The notes below the pieces were generated by a model. That model worked only from the letters and a program-made list of their open reading frames with translations. It was not told the origin of the DNA and ran no database searches. Positions 28,483-42,900 of a stretch of 64,000 bases of DNA are shown here, in pieces. Both the position numbers and the translations under genes were made by a program. Position 1 is the stretch's first letter, and every line of letters starts with the position of its first letter. This DNA comes from the human T2T-CHM13v2.0 reference genome, Homo sapiens, in the NCBI RefSeq assembly GCF_009914755.1, contig NC_060926.1; one strand, written 5' to 3'.

Positions 28483-28886
28483 TGATATAGTTTGGATGTT
28501 TGTCCCCTCCAAATCTCATGTTGAAATGTGATTCCCAATGTTGCAGGTGGAGCCTGGTGGGAGGTGTTTGGGTCATGGTGGCAGATCCTGCATGAATGGC
28601 TTTGTGCCCCCTCCCAGGGTAGTGAATTCATGTGAGATCTGGTGGTTTAAAAAACAGTCTAGGCCCTCTCTGTCTTTCTCTCACTTTCTCTCTCACCATG
28701 TAATATGCCAACTCCCCCTTTGCCTTCTGCCCTGATTATAAGCTTTCTGAGGCCTCACCAGAAGTTGAGCAGATGCTAGTTCCATGCTTGTATAGTCTGT
28801 GGAACTGTGAGCCAAATAAACCCTTTTTCTTTATAAATTATCCAGCCTCAGGCATTCCTTAATAGCAATGCAAATGGACTAGCACA
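28483..28886 (+). mobile_element. MaLR solo LTR (MSTB-like)
   Basis: tgatatagtttggatgtttgtcccctccaaatctcatgttg...gagccaaataaacc...ggactagcaca; exact TSD gtagt at 28478-28482 and 28887-28891. Confidence 0.93.
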
Positions 28887-28899
28887 GTAGTTACAGATT

Positions 28900-29740
28900 T
28901 TTCACTCAATAAATATTTATTTTATATCTGTTCCGTGCTAAACACTATTCTAGGTGAAACAGCATTGTACAAAACAGGCAAAACCTGGCCTTTGTAGAAT
29001 TTGTGTTCTACTATATGGAGAAAGACAATAAATAAATATACAAGTAAATTCAAAATATGTTGGATGGTGATAAATGCTATGAAGAGAACTGAAACAGTGT
29101 TGAAGGGATTAGTAGTGAGGGGTACAGAGGAAGGCACTGATATTTGATATGGGACAATCAGGCAAGGTCTCACTGAGAAAATGACATTGGAGCAAAGACC
29201 TGAAGTTGATGAGGGATCCAGCATTGTGGATATGTGGAAGTAAGGCATTTCAGATAGAGGCAGTAGCAAATATCCTGTGGTAGGGCAGGCATGGTGCCTT
29301 TAAAAAACATGGAATGTTGGTATGGGGAAGGGAGTAAAGAGGAAACCAATAAAAAGTAAGGTCATTGACGTGGCAACTGGCTAGCTGGTGTAGGGCCTGG
29401 TGACTACTGTAAAGATAGTGACTTTTAATTTCAGTAAGAAAGGAAGACTCTGAGAAGAGGAATGAGAAGATCTTGCATTTTTAGACTATCAATCATTCCA
29501 ACCACTGTATTGAAATTAACCTGGGAATGGAAGAGGTGAGGGCTTGGCAGCCAGGGTAGAAGCAGGGAGAGTGGTAACGATTGACTGTGGTAATTCAGGT
29601 GAGAGGTAATGGGGGTTGGGACCAGATTGGTACAGCTTGAAGAAGTGGTCAGATTTGGGATATTTTAAAAGCACAATATAGAGAATTTGTGAAAAGATTC
29701 AATGAGCCCATGAATGAAAGACAGGAATGAGAAAAGGAAG
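28900..29740 (-). mobile_element. L2 LINE relic (L2a-like)
   Basis: cactcaataaatatttat...aaacactattctaggt...aaggtctcactgagaaaatgacattggagcaaagacctgaa. Confidence 0.85.
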
Positions 29741-29849
29741 GACTAAATACTCTTTAAATATTTATTTAATAGTAAACACTGATCATACTCTCAGACTAAC
29801 ATAGGAGACAAAATGATTATTTTGTTGTATGCTGTCCCTCAGTGTATAC

Positions 29850-30070
29850 CTGTCCATCCACTCAACAAACACAATAGACGCTGATTGAATACCCACCATG
29901 TGCCAGGTTCAGTGCTGGCAATACAACGGTTAACAAGGCAGATAGATGATTTCCTCAGAGAGACTGAGCTCATGTTTGAGTGAGAGACGAGGAGCAGGCA
30001 AATAAAAAGCAACCAAAAAATAAAGAAGTTTGTGGTGTCTGCTGTGAAATAAATAGCAATGTTGATGTTC
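29850..30070 (-). mobile_element. L2 3'-end fragment
   Basis: cactcaacaaac...ttgaatacccaccatgtgccaggttcagtgctgg. Confidence 0.65.
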
Positions 30071-30639
30071 TTAAGAGAAATAGCCACTGTCCTGAATAAT
30101 CTTTAGGTTCACTCTCCTGATGATGACTTGTAAAAAGGATACTGCTTCCAAAATTTCTGCCCACTCCAGAGTGAATGTTTCTTTGCTGAATAGGTGGTAC
30201 TGATCATTAATGAAGTCAGGATTCCAGACTCATAAAGAAATAGAATCATATGAAAGAGTCACAAACGAATGTGAAATATCTACTGGATATGCAAAGAAAA
30301 TACCCCAAATCTAAGAAGATGTAGAAAACCAAAATCATGCTTGTACTGGACAAATATAGAAAGACCCATTCTGTTTCTGTTTTATTCTTCATTTTAAGCT
30401 AAGGAAAAATGATTTGCTGCTAGTTATGAAGATGAAAACTCCCATTGAAAGTTGATTTTTATTAAAAGTGTGTTTAGCCAAATTGGATAATTCAGATGAT
30501 GAAACTGAGTTTTGAGGTTTTGGTTATTTGCTTAGCCTAAATTCAGCAGATAATTGCTTCACAACTTCTTTGGATGAACCTATTTGTTCTTGTAATTTTA
30601 ACTATTACACCTAATGAGAACATTCAAGTCCCTATTTTT

Positions 30640-31780
30640 CTAGCCCCAAGAATCCACTGTGCTTCTGGCTCCTATACCTAAGTGTTGGCTAGACTTATCC
30701 ATCAGTATGACATACAGATGCTTTAGAGTCTGCACGTTATCATGCTGCCATTTGTATATCTTTCTAAACTAATTTAGCTAGCTTCTTCACGTGAATCTTC
30801 TCTCATTAAGTAGACATTAAACCATCTAACCAATCATCAAAACAAAAACTAGTTTTCTTCTGCTTCCTCAGCCTTCATACACAAACACTAATAAACCCTT
30901 ACCAATATCTTTTAGTCAGCATAGACTAGGTTACTCACTAGTAGCAAGTGATACCCAAATCTCAGTGGCTTCACACAACAAATGTTTATTTATCATTCTC
31001 CAAAAGTCTTCTGCATTAGCCCTCCTTGTGAAGATTCAGCATTATATCCATCTTTGTTCTTATAGGAAGCCCATTGTAATGTGCTTCCACAAACACCATG
31101 GCAGGGAACTGAACAACGGCAGGTCATGGACAGGCTCTTCCATGTTTTCACCCAGAAGTGCCGTATGTCCTCCTTATCCACAGCCTATTGGCCAGAGCTA
31201 ATCACATGGCACCACCCACAACCAGGGACCTGAGAACTGCAGTTTTGCATGTGCCCCAAAGGGCAGGTGAACACGCTCATGGTATCTTCCAAACACGTCT
31301 CAATGTTTTTTACCCATCTTGAAATACCTCAATGCCTCCCATCATCTATGGAATGCAATACAGTACCCACAGTTCTGTGCATCTTGCTCTCTTACACTCC
31401 CCACTCACCAAGTGAAATGACTCACATGGAAAGTTGCCTGACATGCTTTTCTTCCTTCTGTACCTAGCTAACATGCAGTGATCCTGAGAATAGAGATCAA
31501 GCCACATTTTCTCCAAAAGGCATTGCTGATCCTCAGGTTGTGCCATACATAGTCCTTGGTGCTATCAGAGCTCTCAGCACATGCCTTTAGTAGACCAAAG
31601 TATTTTGGTGCTAATTATTGCATTAGCACACCAAAGTATTTTTTACACAGCTATCAAACTCCAACCCCTGGATTAGAAATTCCTCAAGAGCAGATACATG
31701 TACAATTCACCTGTATCTCCAGCACTTAGTACAGAGCCTGGCACATAGGTGACTTTTATAAATGTTTGCTGAATTAAACT
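30640..31780 (+). mobile_element. L2 relic interrupted by an MLT1 LTR
   Basis: L2 3' end ctgtatctccagcacttagtacagagcctggcacatagg...aaatgtttgctgaat. Confidence 0.6.
30912..31290 (-). mobile_element. Old MaLR LTR (MLT1J/K/L-like)
   Basis: tagtcagcatagactaggtta...cccaaatctcagtggcttcacacaacaaatgtttattt...ttggccagagctaatcacatggc. Confidence 0.7.
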
Positions 31781-32759
31781 ATTATTTAGATCTTACTACT
31801 TTATTTGGAATTTGAATATCATATCTAGTATTTGGAGATGCTAAAAACAATAAGGCACAGTAGAATTTGTGTGGTTTAGGTTAGAGAAAAGTGATTAGGT
31901 TCCCATTAATTGATGCACAATAGGTAAATGTTAGTGAATTTGGTTCTTCCTTTTTTTGTAGTAGTCTTAAGACTAAAATCTAGTTTTGAGGGGAGTGCAG
32001 TGGTCAGAATCCAATTCAGTTCTCTCTCCTTTACCTTCCTTCCTTTTGAAAATGTATGGGCTGTGTAGTGTTTTTTGAAAGTAGTGTGTTTTAAAAAAGA
32101 ATTTCTGAGCTCTTTGCTACAGACAAATTGTTAAGCTCAAAAAGTACTTTATGAACTACTATATCCTCCTTTTAGTCTAGATGTGGGAAATCTAGAAACA
32201 ATATGTGAAAAAGAAAGAAGACCCACAGCAAAACCTACCCAAACATATGCCCAAAGATACATGCTCATGGAAAACTTAGATTATCAGAATTACACCCCAA
32301 GTAAATAATGATTCCTGGACTTCCTAGGTTAAAGTTATCTTATTTATGTTCATAAAATATTAATATTAATATACATGATCCACTCAAGTATTTGTAAAAT
32401 AAATTATTTACTGGGCAAATTACATGTGTGACAAATAAAAGTATTAAGTTACATTAATAATTTGTAAAGCAAGTAGAAGTGGATAGAAGTATTTTGAGTG
32501 GGCTCCATTTTTCTTATTTATGTAATGAGGTTGCTAGAATAGATAATACTTATGATTTAGTAATATCTTAAGAATCTATGAATAGAAATACAAAGGCATG
32601 AGGGTACAGTGGAATGGATTGACCACACTGAAGATTTGGGAAAGCAGTAAGAGAATTTTTAGAATTGTAAAGGGTGTTCACGAATAATGAAAGACCTACA
32701 CTCAAAACCTGATAGATAATTTTTATTGAAATAAAATAATATAACAAGATACTAGTCAT

Positions 32760-32960
32760 CAGTCTAAATACTTCAGATGTATTATTTTATTGAATCTATA
32801 CAATAGCACTGTTGGGTGCATACTGGTAATATCTCCATTTTAGAGACAAGGAAACTGAATCTCAGAGAAAGTAAGCAATTTATCCAGAATCACAAAGCTA
32901 TGAAGTGGAAGTGCCTAATTTGAAAGTAGGCAAGTCTGAAATAGCCCATGCTATTAATAT
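32760..32960 (-). mobile_element. MIR SINE relic
   Basis: tctccattttagagacaaggaaactgaatctcagagaaagtaagcaatttatcc core. Confidence 0.8.
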
Positions 32961-33710
32961 TAATAATATTCTATTTCCTATCGAAGTTTGGCTTCTTTTC
33001 ATCCTGATTGCCAAAATATGCTTTTTTATTTTTCTCTCAGGTAATCTCACGCTACTGAATTACAAGCTTTTCAGAACTTCTTTCAATTTTGTGATGAAAT
33101 AACTATTTGATATATTGTACTTAAAAAAAAAGCATGAGCCACATCAAAAATGAGTAAGCATTAGCGCTCACCCCTAAATTACTTTTGCTGTAGGGTCTTT
33201 CTTCTGGGTATGAAGTCTTTGTTCCCCATTTGAGTCAAATTTATATTGTCTCAGTTTGCGAGTTAATTTTTTTTCCTTCAATGACCTACAGAATCTTATC
33301 CTAATGACAGCCATAAGGCCTTCTGAATACGGCCTTCTGATGATTAAACTTTGGGATGCCTAGGATCATTCTGATAGAAGGTTTAATACTTTAAAATGCA
33401 AATCTGGTCATCTGGGATGTCCAAGTAGATAATCATCACTTCTTAACATTAATGATTTCTATGGATTTTTTTTAGAAAGTACTACATTTCTCCTTTTCCA
33501 TGGTTTGTGTTGAGATTGATTGTCACTTGTGTGTATATGTATGTGTGTGTAATAACATTTAATAATATATAAATATAATGTAATGATATACACATACACA
33601 CACATACATTCGACTTTCAGCAAAGATAGCATAAGAAAACTTTCAACATTTGCTACATATTATATAAGAACCAGTGAAAGATATCACTGAGGAGAAAAAT
33701 GAGGTTGACA

Positions 33711-34134
33711 TGTTAGCCAAGAAAGTCTAGATTATGCTGTAATACTAACAATCCTGCATTTTCAGTAACTTATCACAAAATGGTTTATTTCTCAATCACA
33801 CCATAAACCGAACACAGCCTTGTGTGTGCAGCTGCTGGTAGTGGCAGCAGCATGCTGGGGTCTCTGCTCAATGCCTGATGCAGATGTAAGTTTCATCTCA
33901 ATATATGCTTCAACACAATCCATGAAAAGGAAAAGGACATGTTGAACCATTTACTGGCTCTGAAAGCTTCTGCTTGGAAATGTGCTACTCCCTTCCTTTT
34001 TCAATTCATTTGTCAAAGCAAATCACATGAAGAAGCCTAAATTCCAAAGAAGCAGTTTAAAGAAGCGCAATCTACCACCATCCTAGAAGGTAGGAGTTGG
34101 AAATACTTGGTGGACAGCTGTCATGACTACTACA
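33711..34134 (-). mobile_element. Old MaLR LTR (MLT1J/L-like)
   Basis: tgttagcc...ctagattatgctgtaata...ggtttatttctc...aaagcttctgcttggaa...aaagcaaatcacatg...actactaca. Confidence 0.7.
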
Positions 34135-34809
34135 GTATAGAAGTCAGATCTGAAATGCACGAAAGATCTAATAAACTTCAAAAAGTTCTAGCCAATATTA
34201 CTTAAAATGAAGAAAGGTTTTTGCAAAACATAAAACTTTCCTTCAGGACAAACTAAAGAATTATTACAGTAACTGACTAATTTTCCCTAATTTCAGAGGA
34301 CAAGCACTATAATTACGGGAATGCCATGGAAGACATAGGCATTAAAAATTTTTAGTTGGCGATTGAATTGTAATCCAAGGATATAAAGGCAGGACTAAAA
34401 GAAGAAGTGTGTATAGGCTTATCTCTTTCCAACTCCCAATGTGGCTTCTTAACTGGATTGCAGTCTTTCTCCTTCTACTTTGGAAATGGTGTGGACAATT
34501 GAGAACCATGGATATATAGCTACTGATTTACTTAGTCCCATTTTTAAAACTGTGGATGAACAGTAGCAAATAAAGTTGCAGAGTATTTTCAATAATTGTA
34601 CCTTCACCAAATTGAAAAAAAAAACCACTTTGTGTTTTCTGTAATCTGTTTTCTCAACAACATGCCTCACTCCAAAGAGAGGAATTCTCTCTAGAACTGG
34701 AGGGAAAACTACTCAGTCAGGACAAAGTGCTTTTCAAATTTAGCAGATAGCAAATAAAAGGGAACCCAGGTGCAGAACGAAAGTCAGTTGAACCTCAAAA
34801 TTACCTGAA

Positions 34810-35790
34810 GACACTGCTGCGTCTAGCCATATAATTGGTAACAGACTAGTCTTCCCATTGAAAACACCTGTAAAACTTGGCAAATATATATGAAATAACC
34901 ATTTTTAGATATTGGAAACAAGGAAGTGTAAGATGGTAATCTATGAGGGAAGGTGAATAAGCAAGGTGAGTACCGTGACCGTACCCATTCTCTGCCTGCC
35001 GTGCAGGAATGAAAAGCTCAAATAGAGCATGGCAGTCTCACTGAGTTGAATAGACAGATACCAGTGTTCAGAGAAGCTGGAATTGTGAAGCAGAATACCA
35101 GTGGAAAAAAGCTATTCAGATAAGGAAGATAAGGAACCCCAAAAGTCTATATAGGGGCTTATTAAGTCTTTGGCCTAATACTATAAAGATCATACATATG
35201 CAGGGCAAGACTCTACAATATGAGGCAAAGAATAGCCACATAAAAAAAGAACAAGTGCCAGGAAAAGAACCACAACAAGTAAACTGAGCAACATAGTCAA
35301 AGTGCAGTGACATTATTGAACACTTGGAGCATTGGGTAGAGACCCTAAAAGTGTCACCCTGTATTACTGGGACTACACCAGAACTAGAGAAAAGGCTGCT
35401 CTAGACTTACTCTAACAAATTTTGAAAGGATCGAGCCATGTAGAAGTAAACTAACATCCTACTAGAACAAACCTCAACGTTATTAAGGAAGATATCAAAA
35501 TCCAGATATTCAACAGTGTAACATTCATAAAGTCCACCATCCAATAAAAATTACTAGAACTGGGAAGAAGTAGGAAAATGTGACTCATAACTCACAGAAA
35601 CACATCAGAATGATAGAGATGATGAAAATAGTCATCAGATACTTAAAAGAACTAGTATTAATATAGTAAAGTTTCAAAGAAAACATGAATATAACAGAGG
35701 TACAAGTAGGGAATCTCAATGAAAAAAATGGAAGCAATGGAAACAAACCAAATGGAAATTGTAGAAGTAACAAGTTCAACATCTGACATG
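34810..35790 (+). mobile_element. Old L1M 5'-region fragment (L1ME/MD-type)
   Basis: caacagtgtaacattcataaagtcc...caataaaaattactag...ggaaaatgtgactcataac, typical of old L1M 5' ends. Confidence 0.6.
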
Positions 35791-36329
35791 GACATTTCTA
35801 TTGCTTTGTGTTCAATTTGATCATATCTTCATTTCAGGATTTCCTTTGGTTGCGTGCTTTTAAAAATATCTTCATTTTCTATTCTCATTTACATTTATGT
35901 CTTACTTTAATTCCTTTTCTATCTTTATGAGTCTTTTTGTGCTAATTACATTATATTTCTAACTTTTGTCTCTTTCTGTATTTTCATTTTTTTCCTTCTG
36001 TTTATAGGTAACATTTTTCAGCTTCTTCCTATTTTTCCAATTTTTTTGTTAGATGCTGGGCATTGTTAACATTAAATTGTTGAATGTCTGAATTCTTTTG
36101 TCTCTCTGTATTAAAGTACTTTTCACAGGCAATTCTTTTACTTGCAGATAACCAAAACCCCTAAACCCATGATTTGTAGAGTAATTCAGCTTACCACTGC
36201 ATAGTAAATCAACGACTGGCCTTGAAGGGTTTTGCCCTAAGCATCCACAGCTTAATGATTGGCAGTAGAAGCAATGAGACCCTGATGAAAACTTCTGGGG
36301 CTCTTTCTATGCATACCTACTTTATCACT

Positions 36330-39085
36330 AATACTTGCTCTGTATAAAGGCCAATTTGCAAAAATCAGTTGTATTTTCAAATACCTACAATTAACAATAG
36401 AAAAATAATGTTTAAAAAATACCATGCATAACAGCATTCAAAGCATCATATGCTTACATATAAATTTAACAAGTGTATGTAAGACTTGTACACTAAAATT
36501 AACAAGGCATTGTTAAGAAAAATGAAATTCTTAAATGAATAGAGATATATCATGATACAGATTGCAACATAATGTTCTCAAGAACTAAATTTTCTTCAAA
36601 TCAATCTATTGGTTCAATGCAATCAATCTCAGTCAAAATCTAGAAAGGGTTTTGGTAGAAATTGACATGATGATTGTAAAATCTGTATGGACTTTCAAGG
36701 AACCTAGAATAGCCAAACAATTTTGAAAAAGAAGAGCTGAGTTTGAACATTTAAACTATTAATACACAATCTCAAGACTTAATGTAATGAAACTCCAGTA
36801 ATCAAGACTGATTTATATCAAGATAGCTATAAAGATTTTTTAAAACTGTCAGAAAGAATACAGAGTCCAGACAAAGACTACACTTCTATAGTCAAAAATT
36901 TTAATGAAGGAACTGGAACAATTAAATGGAGAAAGACAAATCTTTTCAATATATGGTTCTGGAAAAACTGCCTATGTGGGGGAAAAAATAAGCCTTCAAT
37001 CATATCTCAGATCATATATAACAATTAATTCAAGACAAATCATAGACCTAAACATAAAGTATAATACTCTACAGTTTCTTGTAGAAAGCAAGAGAAAATC
37101 TTCATGACCACGTGGTGTAGAAAAAAATTTAAGAACTGGATCCAAAATCCTTATTTATGAAAGAAAAATAGATTAAATGTATGTAATCCCAGTTTAAGAT
37201 GCCAATTAAAAGATACCACTAAGAAAATGATAAATAAGCAAGTCTCAGATTGTGAGGAAATGTTCATGATATGTTTATGAAATAATGTTATATTTCAAAA
37301 GGACTTCCGTCCAGAACACATATACAAATCTTACAATCCAATACTAAAATATAAATGAACCCACAAAAATAATAGACAAAAGACTTGAACAGGAAATTTA
37401 TAAAGGAAGATATAGAAATGGTCAATAGAAACCTTTAAAATTGTTCAACATGATTAAAGAAATGAAAACAAAAACCACTAGTGTTACTGGCACAGACCCA
37501 GTAGAATGATAAAAATTTTTAAAAGATTGGCGCAATGGGAAAAGGTCAGTTTTATCAACAAAAGATGCTGGAAAAACTGGATATCTACATGAAAAGAAGA
37601 AAGTTAGACCCTTAGCCTGAACCTTATATAAAAATTCATTTAAATGGACCAAAGACCTTAATGTAAGTGCTAAAACTGTAAAACTCTTAACAGAAAACGT
37701 AGGGGAAGATCTTCATGACATTGAATTTGGCAATGATTTCTTGCGCATGACACCAAAAGAAAAAAGTAGATAACTTGGACTTCACCAAAATTTAAAACTT
37801 TTGTGTATGAAAGGACACCATCAAGGGAATGAAAAGACAACCCACAGAATGGGATTAAATATTTGCCAATCATGTATCTGATGAGAGGTTAACATTCAGA
37901 CCATATAAAGAACTCCTATCACTCAACAACAATAACCATTATGAAGCCCATTATAAAAATTTAGAAAAAGACATGAAAGTAGATCAATAAATGGAGAGAG
38001 AGACTACATTCATGGATTGAATAATTCAACATCTTAAAAATATATTGATGTATAGATGCAGTATATTTCCACTTAAAATACCAGCAGGATAATTGGAGGG
38101 AGAGAGAGACAGTTTGACAAATTGAATTAAAATTTATGTGGAATGGCAACGAGCCAAGAAGTATCAAGATATTTTGAAAGAAGAACAAAGTGATGAAAAC
38201 TTGCTAAAGTAACTAGGAAAGTGAGGCAGTGGTATTTGGATATGGAAACTATCAGTGGAACACAATAGAGATCCAAAATGAGGCTCACATATAGAATCTT
38301 GATATATGACAGAACTGACATTGAAGACAAACAGGTTAATAAATAGTACAGTGAAAACTGCTTATCTACATGTAAAAGAAAACAAACTGGGTTCCTAGTT
38401 CACACAATAAAGAAATCAATGCTAGATAAATTAAAAATCTAAATGTGAAAGAAAATGTAGCTGATTATCTTTATAACTGAGTTAGAATACAATTTCTTAA
38501 ATAAGACTCAAAAATTGTAAGCAAAATAAGTGGAAAAAAATTCGCCATATTAAGAACTTCTGTTAAACAAAGAAAACAGAGAAAGTAAAAAGATAAGTCA
38601 CATAAATATCTTTGCAAGGTATACATCATCAGATAAAATATTAATCTCTAGAATATCTATATTATACACACACAGGTGGTAGAAATATAAATATAATAAC
38701 TTTGGAAAACTATGTAACATTTATTAAGGCTGAAAATGTACATACTTTTAATGACTCAGCAATTCCATTCTTAGGGATATATCCTAGAGAAAACCTTGAA
38801 CATATATAGATGGAAACGTACAAAAATTTTTATAATAGCTTTGCTTAAAATTAACAAAAATCTGGAAATAATCTAATTGTCTATTGACAGGTAAACTCAA
38901 CAATAGTGATAACTTATACACTGCAACACAAAACAGAAAGGAAAAGTAGGTGAATCAAAGGTACATGCATCAACATAAGATAAGAATCATAAGCATACTA
39001 TGATTGGAAATAAGTTGCAGAAAAATGCTCATTCTGTGATATCATTTATATATAATATTCACAAACCTGTAAAACTAAACAATTA
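36330..39085 (+). mobile_element. Mosaic of old L1M ORF2-3' UTR fragments (at least three pieces; a better-preserved piece at ~37530-37960)
   Basis: Repeated ORF2 C-terminal segments (aatagccaaacaattttgaaaaagaag; gaaaagacaacccacagaatggg; gcaattccattcttagggatatatcctagag). Confidence 0.8.
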
Positions 39086-39363
39086 GGCATCTCTCATTTT
39101 CAGTAAGAGTTTATTTTCAATTTGAGCTGAAGTTCTTTTACTTATGCTGAAAATAGACCTAACTAGTATGGTAGGAGTTTGCAAGAAGACAGTAGATGAG
39201 GAGAGAGAGTGGGAGAGCTCTCAGAACCTCTGGCACAATGTCTTGAGGCAGGGAGATATTCCAGAGGCTATAGATGCAAGTATGTGAATGTTCAAAGGCT
39301 GGCAAGACAGATAGCTTGACAAGGTGAGAGACAGCAAGGGGGAGCATGAAAAAAGATAGATGC

Positions 39364-39949
39364 TGATGTAGGATTTTTCTTCTCAGTCACTTTGCAAGAT
39401 AGCGACCCCCGGCTGGCAAGGCCCCTTCCAGGCCTTGCTTGGCTAGCTTGTACCTGCATTTGGGGGTTTCCAAGCTCTTGTACCACCCCCAAGAATGAAG
39501 TCACTGAAGGGTGAGGAGGGCAGAGAAGAATTTTACTGAGCAACGAAACAGCTGTCAGTGGAGAGAGGATGCGAGGGGTAGTCCCCCACCCCCACAGTCA
39601 GGAAAGTTCCTCCGTGTGGCTGGGTCTGGGGCCTTTTATGGACTCAGAATGCGGTGTGTGTGCTGATTGGTTTGTGAGTATGCAAAAAAGGTTAAAGCAA
39701 AGAGACCACTCAAGGTGGGCATGACACTGTGGAAAGCCAATTAGGAAAGGGTAGGTATATGTAAAATACGTGAAGAATGGGGACAATCAGGAAAGCGTGC
39801 CAAACAGGAAGAGAGGTTCTCAACCTGGTCCAAGGATTTAACTGGTAGCTTGTCTTTCAGGTTTTAACCTGTGTTTGGCTTGGAAGTGGGGTTTCACTGG
39901 GGACCTGCCCCTTTGTGCCTAGGCATTTGGCTGCTTCCTGCCACTCCCA
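39364..39949 (-). mobile_element. ERV1-class solo LTR (MER52/LTR1/LTR27-28 group)
   Basis: TG...CA ends; tgatgtaggatttttc start; ggggccttttatggactcagaat, gctgattgg, ggggtttcactggggacctgccc; 4-bp TSD atgc/gtgc. Confidence 0.8.
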
Positions 39950-40094
39950 GTGCTAAATGTGAAAGTGGCACATCTCTGACCTGACTTGTCCCTATTGTAA
40001 AAATACATTTTATCTCTATTTTTGTATGTGAGGACTGAGTGTGGGGTAAGCAGTGGGGACAGAATGGCAGCTCAGGGTTTTATGAGGGTCGCTT

Positions 40095-40625
40095 TGATCT
40101 GTACAGCTCTATTAGCAGTAGCTGACCAATAAGAAAAGGAAGTAATCTTCCTATGTATTTGGCAGTAGCAAGGTCTCCAGTACTCACAGCCTGTTCCAGT
40201 TTGAGGGAAGCACGACTGACACAGAATTTGGAGAGAGTCCAGAAGCAATCAACAAAATGATAAAATGGCTGAGAAATGGGTCCTCTGAGGAAAAGTTAAA
40301 GGAGCTGGGCTTTTAAGCCTAGAGAAGAAGAAACCTAAGGCTGATATAACTTCCGGAATATGAGTGGTTATTGTAAGGATGACAGAGACCAGCTGTTCTT
40401 CCTGATCACAGAGACTCAAACTGCAGGAAATGAGCTAAAACTGCAGCAAGAGAGATTTATATTAGATAGAAGGAACAACTTCACAGAGTGTGAGAAACTT
40501 ACATTCTATTCCACGACATTAAAAAACTTAAAACTACCTGCTCTACAGAGCCTTCAGAACAACATGGTTTGAGGATGGTTTGGGGATCTGATAGACTCTA
40601 TAGGTTCCTCTACCATTATTCTGTT
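40095..40625 (+). mobile_element. CR1/L3-family LINE relic (ORF2 C-terminus and 3' end)
   Basis: Translates across frameshifts as LERVQKQSTK/MIKWLRNGSSEEKLKELG/SLEKK...GNELKLQQERFILDRRNNF, resembling the CR1 pol C-terminus. Confidence 0.85.
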
Positions 40626-41588
40626 TATAGTCTCAATTTCCAGGCTTTACCGAAAGTTTTGATTCCTATTAGTTCCAGGTGGCAATTTAGACCTATGTTA
40701 CATTCTTAGAGGATATTTAGCAAAACTTAAAGAAAGAAGGATTTGAATCTTACATAGGTGTCTTCTTAATATCCAAACAAACATTTATGTGCCTGAGATT
40801 TAAAATGGTATTTCAAGTTAAAGGCACCTATGACTTTAATAAAAGCTTGTATGTATAATGTTGAAGAGGAAATAATAAAATGCATTGTTTATTTAGAACT
40901 AACAGAATTTCCCTTTAAAAAGCACAATCTAGAAATTATGTAAAAGCATTCCTGTTTCCTAATGTGAGGTAAGAATTAAAAAAAAAAAAACCCTCCATGG
41001 AAACATCTTATTTCAGGCAGATAGTGTTTGATACACACTCCTTATATCAAAAACATTCTTCTCTGTGAGTTAGAAGAAACTTTATCACAGTTTTACACAA
41101 AGAGTATCCCTATAGTATTATTAGAGGTAGTTCACATGTTCATCATAGACTCCAATGAGATACCCTGAATGAATATCTTATCTTGATATATAACCCTGTG
41201 TCTTACGTTGGAATTTAAGAACTTGAAGGTGTTGCAAACCTCCTACATACTTGAGTTGAGACTTTGATTAAAGGAAATCGCTTAGAGAACACAAGAGAGC
41301 ACTATAGTTAGGGAGATATTGATGGTCTTAAGTCTTTGGTCTTTGCAGGACTGGCTTTCGATCTTCATTTTGGGTTGATCTCTAAGAACAGGAAGTAATC
41401 CTTGCAGCAAATTTGGCAGTAGCAAAGTCTTCACTTTTTTAACTATGTAAGTGGCTTCATTGCTCTAGAAGTAATTTACTATTATCCATACATTCCTTTG
41501 CAGGTACAATATAAAATGTCCACTTCCTACTTTCTGTGGCATCAAGAAATTTCTGGATCCAAATCCCAATTCATCCTTTCTGTCTTGA

Positions 41589-41907
<319 letters not shown>

Positions 41908-42659
41908 TATTATTACACACTTCTAACTGAAGGTCCATGTGCAACGAAACTTTATTCTTCCCATTTTTCCATAACTGACCCAGACTTCTATTTCTCTTTG
42001 CAAAACTATTGTAACCCAGGGCCGGCTCTACCCTCTCCATTATCAGCCCCAGTTCCTGCAGACCTCAGCCAAGGTTACAGCCCTGTCACACTCTCTTGCT
42101 TTGTTTTTCTTGCTTTGTTTTCTTCAGAAAGAAGAGTCTAGACAACAGTTTGGACAAGGGCGACCACAAGTCTAACCACTTCAGCCACTTTGAAGTGGTA
42201 AAGAGAAAGCTTTTGAAGGGATAGTAAAATGTCTAAATCACTCTTTTCAAAATGGCGCTGTAACCTGTGTCTTGAGTTGTATGATTATCGTCAGATATGA
42301 GATTGGAAATACTTTGGTTAAGAATGCTATTTGTGGCCAGGTGCAGTTAAAGGTGCCAACAGGGTCCAGCCATATCAGAGAAGGGGCTTTCAAGGCCTTA
42401 CTAGATTTTATAATGGCCTTACCCAAGTGTTCTGGTCAGAGAGAACTGTTAATTCTACCAAAAGGTCCAGCGCAAATTAAGAATTAAGCAGAGTGCTGAA
42501 CTGAGTTCCTTATAGAAGCAGCCCTTAAAATGATTCATTTCTCTCAGCTGTAAAAACAAAAATAGTGTTATAAAACTTATGAGATAATGCTTGTTATAGA
42601 ACATGCATGATCTATAATAAGCATGAATGTTAAAGCATGAATAAACATGAAGTTAAAAT

Positions 42660-42900
42660 GTTTTAATTATTTCTATAATAACTTATTCTACATTGATATT
42701 CTATTCTGATAATATAATATATTGATATATTATCATTAACATACATGATAATATATATCATTCTGTAATACATTATAATATATAATGCTATATATAATAT
42801 TCTATTATAGAATAATATAGAATAATAATTCTATAATATATAATTATATAATGACAGAATTATAATATTCAATATTATTATTCAATTATTATTATTACTT
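42660..42900. repeat. AT-rich low-complexity tract
   Basis: Degenerate (TATAA/ATT)n, almost no G/C. Confidence 0.85.
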
